A stretch of 64,000 nucleotides of DNA from the human T2T-CHM13v2.0 reference genome, Homo sapiens, in assembly GCF_009914755.1 (NCBI RefSeq), contig NC_060926.1, one strand, 5' to 3'. Made by a program: the position numbers and the translations under genes. The notes under the pieces are model-generated. The model saw nothing but the letters and a program-made list of their open reading frames with translations. It ran no database searches and had not been told where the DNA came from. This document shows positions 1-12,694 of this stretch, in pieces (position 1 is the stretch's first letter; every line of letters begins with the position of its first letter).

Positions 1-92
1 AAAGTTAGATTCTCTGCGTTGAGTCAAAAAATGTGTAGTTTAAAAAAAATTCCTCAAATGATTCTGAAGCACAGCCACTTTGGGTGCCACCA
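1..92. mobile_element. MER5-like hAT-Charlie fragment
   Basis: tgattctgaagcacagccactttgggtgccac resembles the MER5A end (tgattctgatgca...agtttgagaaccac). Confidence 0.45.
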
Positions 93-1334
93 AAGGAAAT
101 AATAAAAGATGGAAATGATGTTGGTGATCAGAAGGCCCAGACTCCAAAACCTGACCTTTGAGTTCTAATCTGAAAGCCCTATGTACTTTAAGTTAACTCT
201 GTGGTATCTTCAATGTAATTTAAAAACTAGAATGCAAAAAATAAATTCAATCATTAGAGTCCACTGCATAGATATTTAAAGTCCATTGCATAGGGACCTG
301 GGATGGCCAAGCATCCCAGGCCTCAGATTAATTTAATTTGCCCCTAGTGAGTAAGAAAATGAGAAATACTTTGGTGTCAAAATGTCCAATGAGAATCACA
401 GTAGTGGAGTGAGGAAAGACGGGGAACATGTAGATTTGTTAGTATAAAAGAGACAAGGGGATTAGCTATGAATATGAGCAAGATCTGAGGGAATGGCCTG
501 TCAAAGGTCCACTTTGAATAGATCTACATTCTAGAATAAACTTTGAATTCCATCCATCAATCATTCCTTGAAAAAAAAAGTTACCTAACACCTTTCCCCA
601 CCCACGTGTAAATGCTCCCTAAATTCAATTCTGAGTGAAAGCAGTCAGAAATTATCGGCATTACTTTCTATACAATCTGCATTCTGTCATGTCAATCACT
701 GGGTAAAATATATTTCATAAGAAAAAGGAAGAAAATGAAGGTGGGTTGGTTTCTCTTTCTCACTGGAAAGGAACTTATGAAGCCATGCAAAGCATGAAAT
801 GAACAATGAGGACACGCATGGACATGGGAGATGAGGTGTGGCATGAAATCGGGAAACTATGTTTTACATTCGTGAAATCATCCCTAGGTGAAACTTGTGA
901 TATGTAGCTCACCAGTTACAAAGTTTGCTATGACCTTTGGATCTTGGACATTTTATTCTATTTTATTTTATTGCATCATTATGTGTTGTCAACTATAGGA
1001 TTTGTAGAGGGTTACATGGTGATACTGATTGTGTCTGGGTGCAGATCATGCCAGAAGACAAAGGCTAACAAATGGGCAAAGGTGAAAGTCCAAGAAACTG
1101 AAAAACAGTTGTGATTTGAGTCCACCTTTAGTCACAGTTTCTCTACTGTGTATCTGAAACAGTGCAGCATCTTTCTGTTACTCTTCCCACTCCCCTCTCA
1201 TCTTCACAATTCTGTCTCCTGCCCAGCCCCCCTCACTCCTTGCCTTGGCTTCTATTTCATCAGATGCTGAGACTGGAAGCTGAGCTGTCTTTAGGGTGAT
1301 CCAGAGTTGAGATCATTCTGGTTGGGGCTGTGAA

Positions 1335-1468
1335 AAATAGGGCTTCTGCAGCTCAATGCCGGAAGTACTATTTAGCAGGTCTGAGAATCTTCATTTTTAA
1401 CAAGCATCTGATTCTGATATTGATGATTCTCACCCTGGTAGTCTTAGGGCATCATTTTTTAGAAAAAA
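1335..1468. mobile_element. MER5A/B-like hAT-Charlie fragment
   Basis: aatcttcatttttaacaagc...tgattct...ggtagtc...tttttagaaa matches the MER5 core pattern. Confidence 0.55.
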
Positions 1469-1948
1469 ATAACCCAGGCCCTCAACATAAGGCTGCAGAG
1501 CTCTGTGTTGAGAGCTCACAGTCTCCTAAGCCACCACACAAGGACTTTTTTAGTTCAGGAAAATTGGTTCCAGCTAAGGGTCTGGGAGCACGTGGAGGAC
1601 ATTGTGGATTGGCAGAGCTGCCACGTTGAGAATGGCCCTGAATTGCCTAGGACAAATGGGAGCTCCAGGAAGGGATTCTGGGTCCCCTTCCAGGCAAGCA
1701 GGATGTCAAGGGCTCTGAGCACTGACTTGAATCCCTGGGCATCATAGCTGAGTGCGGCAGTAAGAAGCCATGCAAAGCAATGGGCAAGGTGAGCCCATCC
1801 ACAGGGCCTAAGTGCAGACTCAAAATCAGTTCCAATGCAAATATTTTCCAAAAGAGGACAGGCAACACAGGGCAAGCAAGTCTTGAAGATAAACTCTGAT
1901 TAGATTTGTGAGGATCCTCAGTCAGGGAGGGCATCTCTTTTAGAGGGC

Positions 1949-2416
1949 TGTAGCCATCAGATAACTTCAACTACAAATAACAGAGTCCCAAATTGGCATA
2001 AATGAATTTCTTGGCTTACATTACTGGAGGTTCAGAGAGAGAGGGCTTCAAGGTGGACTTAGTCCAGTGGTTCCAGCCCCATCCTGTGCTGTTCTATTGG
2101 TTCTCCCTTGCCTCATATCCTTTGGTAACTAGATGGCTATAGCAGGGCCATACTGCCTACCCAGTGTCCAGGGAAACAGGCAGGGGGATGCTTCTGGAAG
2201 CTCTCCAAGAAAAGGTCTAAAGGCCTTTACCCAGCTTTCCAGCAAATCACAAGCCAGAAAGCTGTGGTCACCCTTGGCTTACTTCAGCCAAAGGAAGCTC
2301 AGTGTCCCTGAGGCATGTGTGGTGCACGGTGGAGGCTAGATATCTGAACAAAGCAGGCACGAGAAAGGAGGCAGAAAGAAATGCATCTAGATAAGCAGCC
2401 AGAACTGTCTGCTACA
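1949..2416 (-). mobile_element. Old MaLR solo LTR (MLT1J/K/L-like)
   Basis: Begins tgtagccatcag...caaataacagag and ends gcagccagaactgtctgctaca, as in reverse-oriented MLT1 termini. Confidence 0.55.
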
Positions 2417-3443
2417 GATTCCCACAATGTGAGGCTGTGTGGAGGCCATTGTTAAGATGGCTGAGGCAATGCTATCATGTCAGAGATAAGAGAGGGGGCC
2501 TTTGTCTTTGAGAGCTGCATGGACTTGCCTGAAGCACACAGCTAGCAAGAAGCAGACACAGACAGAGAAGCTCCCGTGACTACTGTAATTCCCATTGTGC
2601 TCTCTTGTGATTAATGTACATTGTAAATCTGCAAGAGCATGCAGCACTTCCCAAACTATTCCATGAGAGGAACATTGCTTCACCAAACATCTGGTTTCCA
2701 CAGAATACACTTTTGTGTACACAACCTTACAAATGTAGAGAGGTATGAGGGGAAACCTGCAAAACATGGGGGTGGGTAAGACATTGACTCCTAAAACACA
2801 TGGTATATCCTAGGTACTTAATAAATGCATGCTGAATGAATAAACCTTAAACATTCAGAAACACTCACTTCTCCAAGATCATAGGCTCCTACCTGTACAG
2901 ACCTGTTGCCATCATCCTCAGGTGAGCAGAAGCAGAAAATGTAAAAACTGCCTTAAAAAGGGGAAGCTTCAAATACTTTTTCTTTGGTTTTGTCCTTATG
3001 TTTGTTCACTGTTCAGTGTCTAGAATGGATATTAATCCAACTCATGCCCACCACTCCATAGGGCTCAACTGTAAGTCAATCAAGAAGTCAATGGTTCCTG
3101 AAGATGGTATGTTCTTGTTTCTTCTCTTTGAGTATGTCTTCTGAAGAATTCTCTGAAGTTGTCAGTCATTTGTTATTTCTGTATATTACTAGATTTACTA
3201 TGCAATCAATCTTGAGTCAGAGATGAGTCCTGAATATTAAGATTTATCCTCATTGTAACTAATAAATTTAAACCAAAATTAATTCATTCATGGACTGAGA
3301 GAATGCCTTTTTGTCAGAGATCTGGACAGATCCTCAAGGAAAGTCCTTTTATATCTTATCCAACAAAGGAAATGAATATATAATTAAGTGGAAATGTAAA
3401 ATAAGGAATAATGCAGTATTTTAACTAACATAGGTAAACTCAC

Positions 3444-3819
3444 TGATATGATTTGGTTTGGCTCTGTGTCCCCACCCAAATCTCGTCTCGAATTGTAATC
3501 CCCACTTGTGGGGGGAGGGACCTGTAATCCCCAGGTGTCGAGGGAGGGAGGTGACTGGATTGTGAGGGTGGTTTTCGCTGTTCTCATGATACCGAGTGAG
3601 TTCTCACGAGATCTGATAGCTTTAAAAGCGGCAGTTTCCCCTGCTCTTTGCTCTCCTGCTGTCTTGAGAAGAAGATGCCTGCTTCCCCTTCCACCACGAT
3701 TGTAAGTTTTCTGAGGCCTCCCCAGGCATGCCAAACTGTGAGCCAGCTAAACTTCTTTCCTTTATAAATTACCCAGTCTCGGATATTTCTTTTTAGCAGT
3801 GTGAAAACAGACGAGTACA
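3444..3819 (+). mobile_element. THE1D-like MaLR solo LTR
   Basis: tgatatg...gctctgtgtccccacccaaatctc to tttataaattacccagtctc...gtaca; TG..CA ends; degenerate 5-bp TSD ctcac/cccgc. Confidence 0.9.
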
Positions 3820-6800
3820 CCCGCATTTGTTTTGGTGGTAGTTTTTCTTACAATTAATCCTAAATTGAATGTCAAACATTGATTTTGGAGGATGTTTTTT
3901 TCAGCAGTATTTAGGATCTGGCACTTTTCTACTTTCCTGGCTTTAAGAATTCAGGAATTGAAGAAAGACAAGGGAAAGATTTTTTATTATAATTGTAATA
4001 ATGTCTCATTTTTAAGTGTGTAAGGGCAAGGAACTATTATTTGACTGATAGAATAGATTAGTGGAATAATTCGACATGACTTCCGTATTTTTCTTTTTAA
4101 TGTAAAGTTTCAAAATGAAAAGTGAGTTTAACTAAGTGGAAAGATAATCCATGATTAAATAAGATAATGAAGCAGATATTGCAAACAAATGAACATGGTT
4201 AAAAACTTAAAGCTCATGATTAGAGAGAAAACAGTCAAATAGTTTAAGGCAAAACTTTGACGGATTATTGAAGGAAAAAAAAAGCAAAAATGCTAGATTT
4301 TATCTACTTTTTGAGTGAGGCAAGGGATAAGGCTAATCTTCCCGGTTTCATTATCAGCTGCTCTGGAAATGCAATTACCTGAAGTGGTTTGATGTCCCTT
4401 GTCAGATGTGGGTAAGTGTTTGTGCTAACGATGCAAGGACAGCACTGTGGTATGTGGGATGCAGTTCCCAGGGCGCACGTGCAGAATCCTAATAAGCATT
4501 TAATTCTTTTACTCAGCGAAGCCCGCAGTGCCTTGAGGGGAAGTGTAATCGGAGATTTGCACAGATGAGAAAGAAAACCACACGGACGGAGGGGCTTGGC
4601 AATGCCTGCTCTCTTGAGATCTCTGCTAGGGTTCAGCAGTGCCTTAAATCTAGGGGTCAAGCCTGGCCCAGTAGTTTACCCTTAGGGAGCAAGCTTTGGC
4701 TCTTGCAGCTCTGTTCTGAGAGTTTATAAGTAGCTAGGGTTTGAATGACTGATGCCCTAACGTGCTAGATGCTTGGTTCAGAGTAGGTGTTTGGGATCAA
4801 GTAGTTGAATGAGAGTAGCTTACTACTTGTGTTTTTCTTGAATGGAGGAAGGGTGGATGGTGTTGTGTAGGTCAATAGGTGTGAAGGTGAGTAATTTATA
4901 AGATGTGAATAGGAAATGGTTTTGCAATCTCATGTATTATCCCATTTGAGAGGCAGGTTCTTCCCGCTCCCAGTTTTGCCCCATGTAACTGAAGTTCTGC
5001 CTTTTTATGATACATTTCTAAGACTCTGTAATTTTAGCCAACTTTTGACATATTCATCCTTTGTAGTTAGCAGTTAGAAACCAAACTCTGTGGAATCCTT
5101 AATAAAGATGAACAGGCAGAAGAACAGGAAGAACAGAGAAAGAAGCCTAGAGTCTAACAGTCATCAAATCCTGTAACTCAGTCCTTGAAGAAGTGAACAT
5201 GGCTTGGGCATATGATGAGATATGACTATAAACAAAAAACTGGGCACAGAGGGTCTTTAGCTCCCTCTTCCTACCACCTCCCACCATGCCCAGCACTGGT
5301 TTCTGTACTAAGCCAACAGGCAAACCATGGCTTTGCCCCAAAATAAATATCTGTTTGAATTGAATCCATGAAATATTTTTTCACAAAGTACTTAACTCAT
5401 CAGCATTTGATTTCCCATTTGTACTTATTATTTATTCTCCATCTCCCTCCTAGGCATTGCAGGAGGATCAAGTAATGACTATTTTAAGTATCTGGTAGTC
5501 AGCAAGTGCTGCAAAACAACTACAAACTTAAATTATTTCCATTTCATTTTAAATTGGTTATATTTTATTCACTACCTTTTATATATTCTGTGGTTTTGAT
5601 GTCACTAAGATGCCCCTTCCACACTCCATTAAATTGACTTCATTTTCTTGACAATGAGATTTCCATTTAGTTTTCATCAACTGCTTAGATTTCCTCATCT
5701 TCAAATGCCTCATTTTCAAAAGCAATAGGAAGTCTATGCTTCATACTATATAATGTGCAAGGCTTCCATTTAATGAATTGTTTGGCTAATTTTTTTAGGC
5801 AAATAAGCACATTAATTTGTACAAGCTATTAATACCAATTATTAATGCTTTTCATTTTGTTGGTTTCAGCAATCTCTGCATGACACATACTGCAACAAAA
5901 TGGAAATTGATTTCACCAAGTTTGGCAACTCTGCAGTGTCTTGTAACCTTTGCAACGATGCTTATTTGAAAGGCTGGGTTTAATTATCCTTCTTTTGCCT
6001 GCTTCTCAAGATGTTGATGGGTAACAGTTCTATTGCACTTGACAGTTAAAAGTAAATTCATCTGGAGTGTTCCTACACTGTTCTTGATGCTTGTTATATA
6101 AGGAGACTTTAATATGCCCACCAGAAAAGCATTAGCCCAGCTTATCTGAGTCTTAGTTTTTATATGTGGGGAAAAAAGAAAGCGAGTCTCTCAGCTACAA
6201 GGCAATGTAGAAACCAGGCCTCCTGGGCAGAACAGAATGTGGTTTAGCCAGTTCTCTCTGAGACTAGAACTAAAGGCCCACTGGGATTCAAGACCCTTAT
6301 AAAGCAGAAGAGCTTGGATCTTCTCTCTACTGCAGTATCTTTAATGTGACTTTCCAATTATACTTCCTTTTGGTGTCTTCTCATTTTATCCCTCCTCCCA
6401 GGAACTGGCTCCCTGACCCTCTTTCTGTGATGTAGCTTCTGCTTATTCAGATGTTCAAATCCCTCATGACTCTGGCTTTTTTGGCACTTGTCACTTTTTT
6501 GTCTTACACTCTTTCTGCATTTGTTCCTACTGCATAATTTGATTTGCTCTGCACTTTCTTGTTTTGGAAGTCATTTCCACTCTAGGCTCCCACAGAGGAC
6601 CCTGTCCAGCCTAGAAGCTGGCTGCCTCTGCTCCAGGAAACTGTGGTCCAATAGCAGGGATAATAGCATGGCTTACAGTCGAGGGGGTATGGGTCCCTGG
6701 TGTTGCCTACAGCAGCTAGGTGGGCAATTTCCTTTAAAAGTGGCTGTGGGCAGGTTAGGTATTGTGATTGGCCAGCACCCCAAATAATATGTGGGGACAC

Positions 6801-9242
6801 ACCCTTGAGGGACTTTTTAAAGCTAAATGTGGCAATGTGGAAACACCTTTCTCTCTTGATCTCTCTTTTCATTTCCATACTCAAACCTTTCCTATCTTCA
6901 AATTTATTCTATCAGCATTTGAATTTCAAGTAATAAGACCGTGACTTGCCAGCTATCAGATTTTCAGTGACTTGAAACTTTGAAGATAAGTACTGGTGGG
7001 GAATGCTCTTTGTTCCATTGCTCTGGCCTGTGGCCCTATCTTTATACAAGGGTAAAATCAACACCTAGTCATGAAATGGAGCAAGAGGCTGCAAGTCCGG
7101 GGTTACCCTGCCTGGGATAGAGAATTAGAACATGTGAGATTATTTATATGTACAGTGACTAATTAACTCTTGAGGCAGTGCAGTCCGTCTTGGATGCATT
7201 CGAGTCGTAACTCACTGCATATTTGCTGGGGTTTCTGTTATGCTGATGTAATATTAATTGGTTTTTCCAAGCCTTCATTGAACCAGCAGACAGATGTGGT
7301 TCCAGTTTTGGAGACTTATGATCTAAATATCCTAATGCAGCATTTCTAATTTCCTGCTGATCTTGCTGGAAGATCTGTCTAATGAAAAACTGGCTAGATT
7401 GCTTAAATTTGCTTTAAGAAAGAATATGAAAGTAAGGAATAAACAAGATAGCTTTTATGTGGTCAATATTCAATTAGATCTTTTGGTCTTTATCCTGAAT
7501 TTTTTGATGGTAAGGTTGTATTTCTTTAATATTCAAGTAGAATTTATGTATCCTAGGGGCAAATTTCTGAGAAACATTTGAGACTGCAAGATAACCACAT
7601 TTTAAAAAAAATCAAGCCACAGGGGTAAAGGTATTTAGTAAAATGATAGAAATAATAAAAGCCAAAACCTGATTAAAAATGCAAGTATGCTTTAGTGGAG
7701 CTTCAGGACAAGGTCCTGAGGAACAGCCTGGATTCTCAAAGCCAAGTTTGCACTGGAAATGCTCTCATCACCATTTCTTATTTCCAGAGGGCATGCTCTC
7801 TTTCTGCCCCCTACCATGATATTACAAGGTCTCCATGTCGTTAAACACTGGGCATGCCTGGCTGGGCTCCCTCATTCTCCCTGGCCCTGCTCTCCCTTGT
7901 AATAGATGAGGGTCCTCCCTGCCCTTTGGATTTGCCAATGGGTATGGAGTAGCTGGCAGTTCAAGTGGAGGTCTCACATAATCCTGGTTTTCTGGATCAT
8001 TTGATTTATTTAAGTACCTATGATGCCAAGGTCCCTGGGCATTCTTCCAACCAACTGCTTATGTTACCATAAATAATGTCAGCTCTGGGACTCAACTGAA
8101 TTAGGCCAAAGGCCGGCTACAGGGTTGTCTCTCATGTTTCTTGAAGGTCAAGATATTTGGATTATCAGTGTATAAGGGCTTCTTCAGAAATTGCCCTAAT
8201 ATAAAAATTTCAGAAACATAGTCTTATTCAATATTCAATTTTTAATGCATGTCAGTATTCTACATGTAGGTTTTGTTTTGGTTGGTGTAGAGAAGGGGGC
8301 CCTAGAAATCGATGTGGAGGAGAGCTAGAATTTAACATCCATGGATTAACCCTAATGGATTTACATTAAAAAGCAAAGTCCAACAGGCTGATGTCCAAGT
8401 GGCAGAAAAGCATTCAGAGATTGATGAATTACATTTTGAAATGTCAAAATCGAGGAGAAATTCAAGGTGTTTGAAAATTCAAATTCCATAAAATTTGCCC
8501 CTGGACCCTAATGATTAATGTAAACACATCAGTCTAGTTAAAATGAACAAATCATTAACCTTGGTCATTGCAATAAACTAGAACTGTAATCAATAAATGA
8601 TATTTATTCTTTCCTGCCAAATAGTTGGGAGATGAGAAATGTCTGGGCAATATTTGCAATGCACTCTCAAGAGAAGGAGAGGTCACTTCTGGCTAGCCTG
8701 CTACCAAAGGAGTGTCTCGGGGAATCTGGTGCCATCATCACACAGAACAAATAGATTCCCGCTGTACATAACTGAAGACTTCCGTGAATGGTCAGCCACG
8801 ACCACATTAAAAGGACCTGCGGACTAACAACCAAAAAGTGATTCTTGTCGTTTCTAAAAACTGTCCTGAAGTGCTGTTTTCTGTAGGAACTGGTTCCCTG
8901 GGTCTTTTTGCTCTGTTTTCTCCATTATTTAAACACACTGTCTTCTGTTCTCCTGCTGTTTGCTTCTGTTAACACCACTCAGGACTTAGAGAGCAGGGCA
9001 TGGCCTCCCCTACATTAATCCTCTCTCTTAACCTCTGCTAGCTAAGACTGCACTGCAAAGTTTGAACACAACTTTACTGAAGCTTAGGTCATCTTGAAGA
9101 AGTAGAGCACAAAATAACTGACCACGGATTCATAAAGTGGTTGCACAGGGTCACTGTACAGAGCCCTGGCACCCCCGGCCTGCCTCCCTGTGCCAACAGC
9201 CAGCTAACAATTCCTACCCATTTGCCACTACTCCTCCCTTTA

Positions 9243-9625
9243 GGCTAAATTAACTTTAGCCTAAAACTGCCTCTTTACACATTGTAAAGGTTTCTTCATA
9301 CATAGTGAACTGTAACCTAACTGGATATGTAAACAGACTGTAATCTACTCTTGTGCCAATCACTGAGTTTTGGCCAATCACAAGTGGCCAACTGTTCAAA
9401 TCATGTTGAAGTAAGGCAAAGTCTGATTTGGCTAATCTGGCTGTTTCTGTACTTCACTTCCATTTTCTGAACATTGCTTTCCTTTTCCTGTGCATAAATC
9501 TTCTTCGACCACGCAGCAGGGCTGGTCTCTCCGAACTTGTTTCGGGAGGCTGTTCAACTCACAAATCGTTCTTGCTCAGTTAAACTCTGTTAAATTTAAT
9601 TTGTCTAAGGGTTTTTTTTTTTTCA
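9243..9625 (+). mobile_element. MER57B-like ERV1 solo LTR
   Basis: taaattaactttagcctaaa, catagtgaactgtaacctaactgga, paired ccaatca boxes and taaactctgttaaatttaatttgtctaa follow the MER57 consensus. Confidence 0.8.
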
Positions 9626-10207
9626 CCCCTAACCACCAGGAATTTATTGAACATTTTAATGCTTTAATTATTTGAAGTTCCATCTGTATCTGACACAGAA
9701 AATAAAAGGAGTTTCTTCCCCTTTGGGTTTATAGCCTGTCTCTCAGGCCTCTGTTCCTACTCTAGAAGCTGCCTCATCTCAGTATGACTGCATTGGAATA
9801 TCTACTTCATCCAAGAGACCCACCTCCCACCCTGAGGGTACATTATGGCCTCTTTACCTCAAAAATGATTATACAAAAAATAAGACTGAAAAACATACTG
9901 ATGTTGGACCACACTTTGACCTATTAGAGATGTAGTTAATTTGGGATAGTGGTAGAAAAAGAAAGATACAAAAGTTAGCAGAAGAAGTAAGGGACAGAAA
10001 TTATGTTTGGAGTTATTGTCTTTCAATACAGGTTATCAGATATTTTTCCATTCTGACAACAGCTAGTCGGTTCTCTAAGTTTGTTTCACCAGTCTGGATG
10101 GACTCTGTCAAATGTTTTTGTGTGGAATGAAAAGGCATTTTGCCTGAGCTGTGTTGTTTCCCTTCCTGGCATGCGTAGTATTGGTGTTGCCTTGCTGGGA
10201 GAAGTCT

Positions 10208-10294
10208 TGTGCATGTGTGTGCATGTATATATGGGTATGCAAGTATGGTTGCATGTATGTGCATGTGCGTGAGTGTGTGTGTCCTTGAGTGTGT
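10208..10294. repeat. Degenerate (TG)n/(TGCA) simple repeat
   Basis: Imperfect alternating purine-pyrimidine tract read directly. Confidence 0.8.
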
Positions 10295-10532
10295 GGTGGA
10301 TAATTCTTCAGTGAATTCTTGGTAGGCCTAGCAAAAGACGCCCATTTTGCACTTAACATAGTGAGTTCATCTTTGCTTCTCACTATGCTAAAAGCAAAAA
10401 TGGACTTTTTTTTAGAAGTAGATGCCATTCATTGGCTATAATAGTTGTCACCAGTTTGCTTTTACCCAATAAACTGAACACATTACTTATAGGATAGAAA
10501 ATGTGGTAGCTTACACAGACATTTTCGGGTAG

Positions 10533-10633
10533 CTCATTCATTTGCTCAATAAATATTTCAAGACCTGATAGAGTTGAGTCTAGTAGGATGCCAGATGTGC
10601 AAATAGATTAAATAGAAGCATCCCTCTTCACAG
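10533..10633 (-). mobile_element. L2 3' end fragment
   Basis: ctcattcatttgctcaataaatatt is the reverse of the L2 tail. Confidence 0.5.
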
Positions 10634-10640
10634 TGTAGGC

Positions 10641-11165
10641 TTGTTTCAGTTTTGTTTCCCCCAAAGCAAACCCTGAGGCAAGGATTTGGGTACAAGTTAT
10701 TTTTTTTTTGTCCCATCTCTGTCTCTCTTTGTTTGAGGGGAAAAAAGTCATAGGCAGTACCATGAGAGAGTGAGGAAGCAAGATAGGGTAGGGAAGAAAG
10801 GATATGGCAAATGAGTAGGTTACTGCCATGGGCATCTGAGGCTCAGTCTTCCTGGGATCTTTTGAGATACTGTGGACCACACCTACGAACTGTCTTCTTG
10901 AGAAGCAAGAAAGATGAAGCATTTATCCACCAATTCCCAAAGGGCTGAGGGTTGCTTCTGGGTTGTTAAATCCCAATTTTTCTGGGCTGCTGTTCACTGG
11001 CTGAACATGCTCCTATGGCTCCTTCTAGAGATAGAGTGAGAGAGAGAAAGAAAGAGAGAAAGATAAAGGGGATTGAGGGGAGAGACAGAAAGAGCTGCAG
11101 GCACTTTGGTGTGTGCTGAAACTGTCTGCATGTGACCTCTGGGTTGGCTAAGGGCAACAATTGCT
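10641..11165 (-). mobile_element. ERVL solo LTR (LTR16C-like)
   Basis: ttcccccaaagcaaaccctgaggcaaggatttgggtacaag and atttatccaccaattccc match LTR16-family motifs. Confidence 0.6.
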
Positions 11166-12487
11166 TCACCTCAAGGCATAGAACAGCAGCTCCTTACTTT
11201 TAATATTCACATTAAATGTCATGGAGTCCCATTCTGTCTATCACAAATAATATCATTCTTCCCTCCTTGATATTCTCCTTCTTGGAATTTTTCTAAGAAC
11301 TCCAGCAGTGTCCGCACCATCTTAGGATCTAGGCCTAATTTGATACCATCTTTTACTGACAGAAATCCAGGAAACCTTCTCAGTCAGCTAATAGTCCTCT
11401 TATTTTTTGGTAGTTGCTGCCTTTATGCTGCTGAAACACTGACTTTAGGCCATCAGGTGCCATGCCAGCCCGTGGACGGAAGCCCTGCAGTGATGTGACA
11501 CTAAAGTCCAGTCGCTTGGCAGCGTGGGGTGACATACACTCACTAAAGAAGAAAATGTGGGTGATCTAGGACCACTGACCATATCAGTAGTCCTGGGTTT
11601 AAGGTGAAAGTCTTTATCTTCAATTATTTTGCTCATTTAAAGTCATTTCAAGCTTTCCCAGAATTGGACTTCCAAAGTTACTAGCTACTTTAGGTCTTAA
11701 ATACAAACATTGCTCCAGGCATTTCTATGATGTGATGGCAGATAGATGAGTCTGAGGGGTTTCTAATCTTGGCTAAAGACTACATCTGGAAAGAGCCCTT
11801 CTTCTCCTACCTCTTTGTCTAAGCTCTTGAGATCAAATTTGGTCCCTGGCTCTCCAGTCTCAAGACCTGACATTGTTTTCTTGCCCCAGGTAAACGGCAT
11901 AACTTTCAAGGTAAACCATAATCTTCTCACAGCTTTCTGTGTCTCACAGAGATGCATCAAAAAAGAAGTACAATGAAGTTAACTACATACCTTCCAAGAC
12001 CAATTCTTACTATTCCTTCTGCATGGAATGTTTTTCCCTTTACCCAAGAAAGTTCCAAGACTATGAGAGAGCCTGGAAGTTAAGGGTGAGGGTGGGAATG
12101 GGGGAATAAATGAGGAGACATATAAAGAGACATATAAATTAAGATAACTCCTTCAGAGACTAAATAAAGAGAAAGTTAAAAAGAGAGCTGGAGAGAGAGA
12201 GGCAGAAAGAAAGGCAGAGGCACAGAAGAAAAGGAAAGAAGTAAAGAGCATATTTTTTGTAAATCTTCACTGTAATGAGAAAAACAGAACTCATATATGA
12301 AAAATCTTAATGTCCACAAAGGAAATACATAAACCAGTACAAAGTACTATGGCTGCACAGGGCCATGCAGGGAATAGTTCAGGGATCACAGGTGTGTGGT
12401 AGGGCACAATAAGTGTATTTCCATTGCTACTATTTGGGCAGATTCATTATATCGTTTTTGGAGACAAAGTCTGGGTGTTTTCCTTTA

Positions 12488-12694
12488 AGAGGGCTTGTGC
12501 AGGGGAACTCCCCTTTGTAAAACCATCAGATCTCCTGAAACTTATTCACTATCATGAGGACAACACAGGAAAAACCTGCCCCCATGATTCAGTTGCCTCC
12601 CACCAGATCCTTCGCACGACAAGTGGGGATTATGGGAGTTACAATTCAAGATGAGATTTGGGTGGCGACACAGGGACACAGTCAAACCATATCA
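12488..12694 (-). mobile_element. THE1 (B/C-like) LTR, partial
   Basis: aaaaccatcagatctc...acaattcaagatgagatttgggtg...aaaccatatca is the reverse of the THE1 5' half. Confidence 0.88.

Noticed and set aside
1330-1970. Cluster of overlapping 80-107 aa ORFs
   Set aside because: Partly MER5-derived, non-ATG starts, no recognisable domain or splice structure
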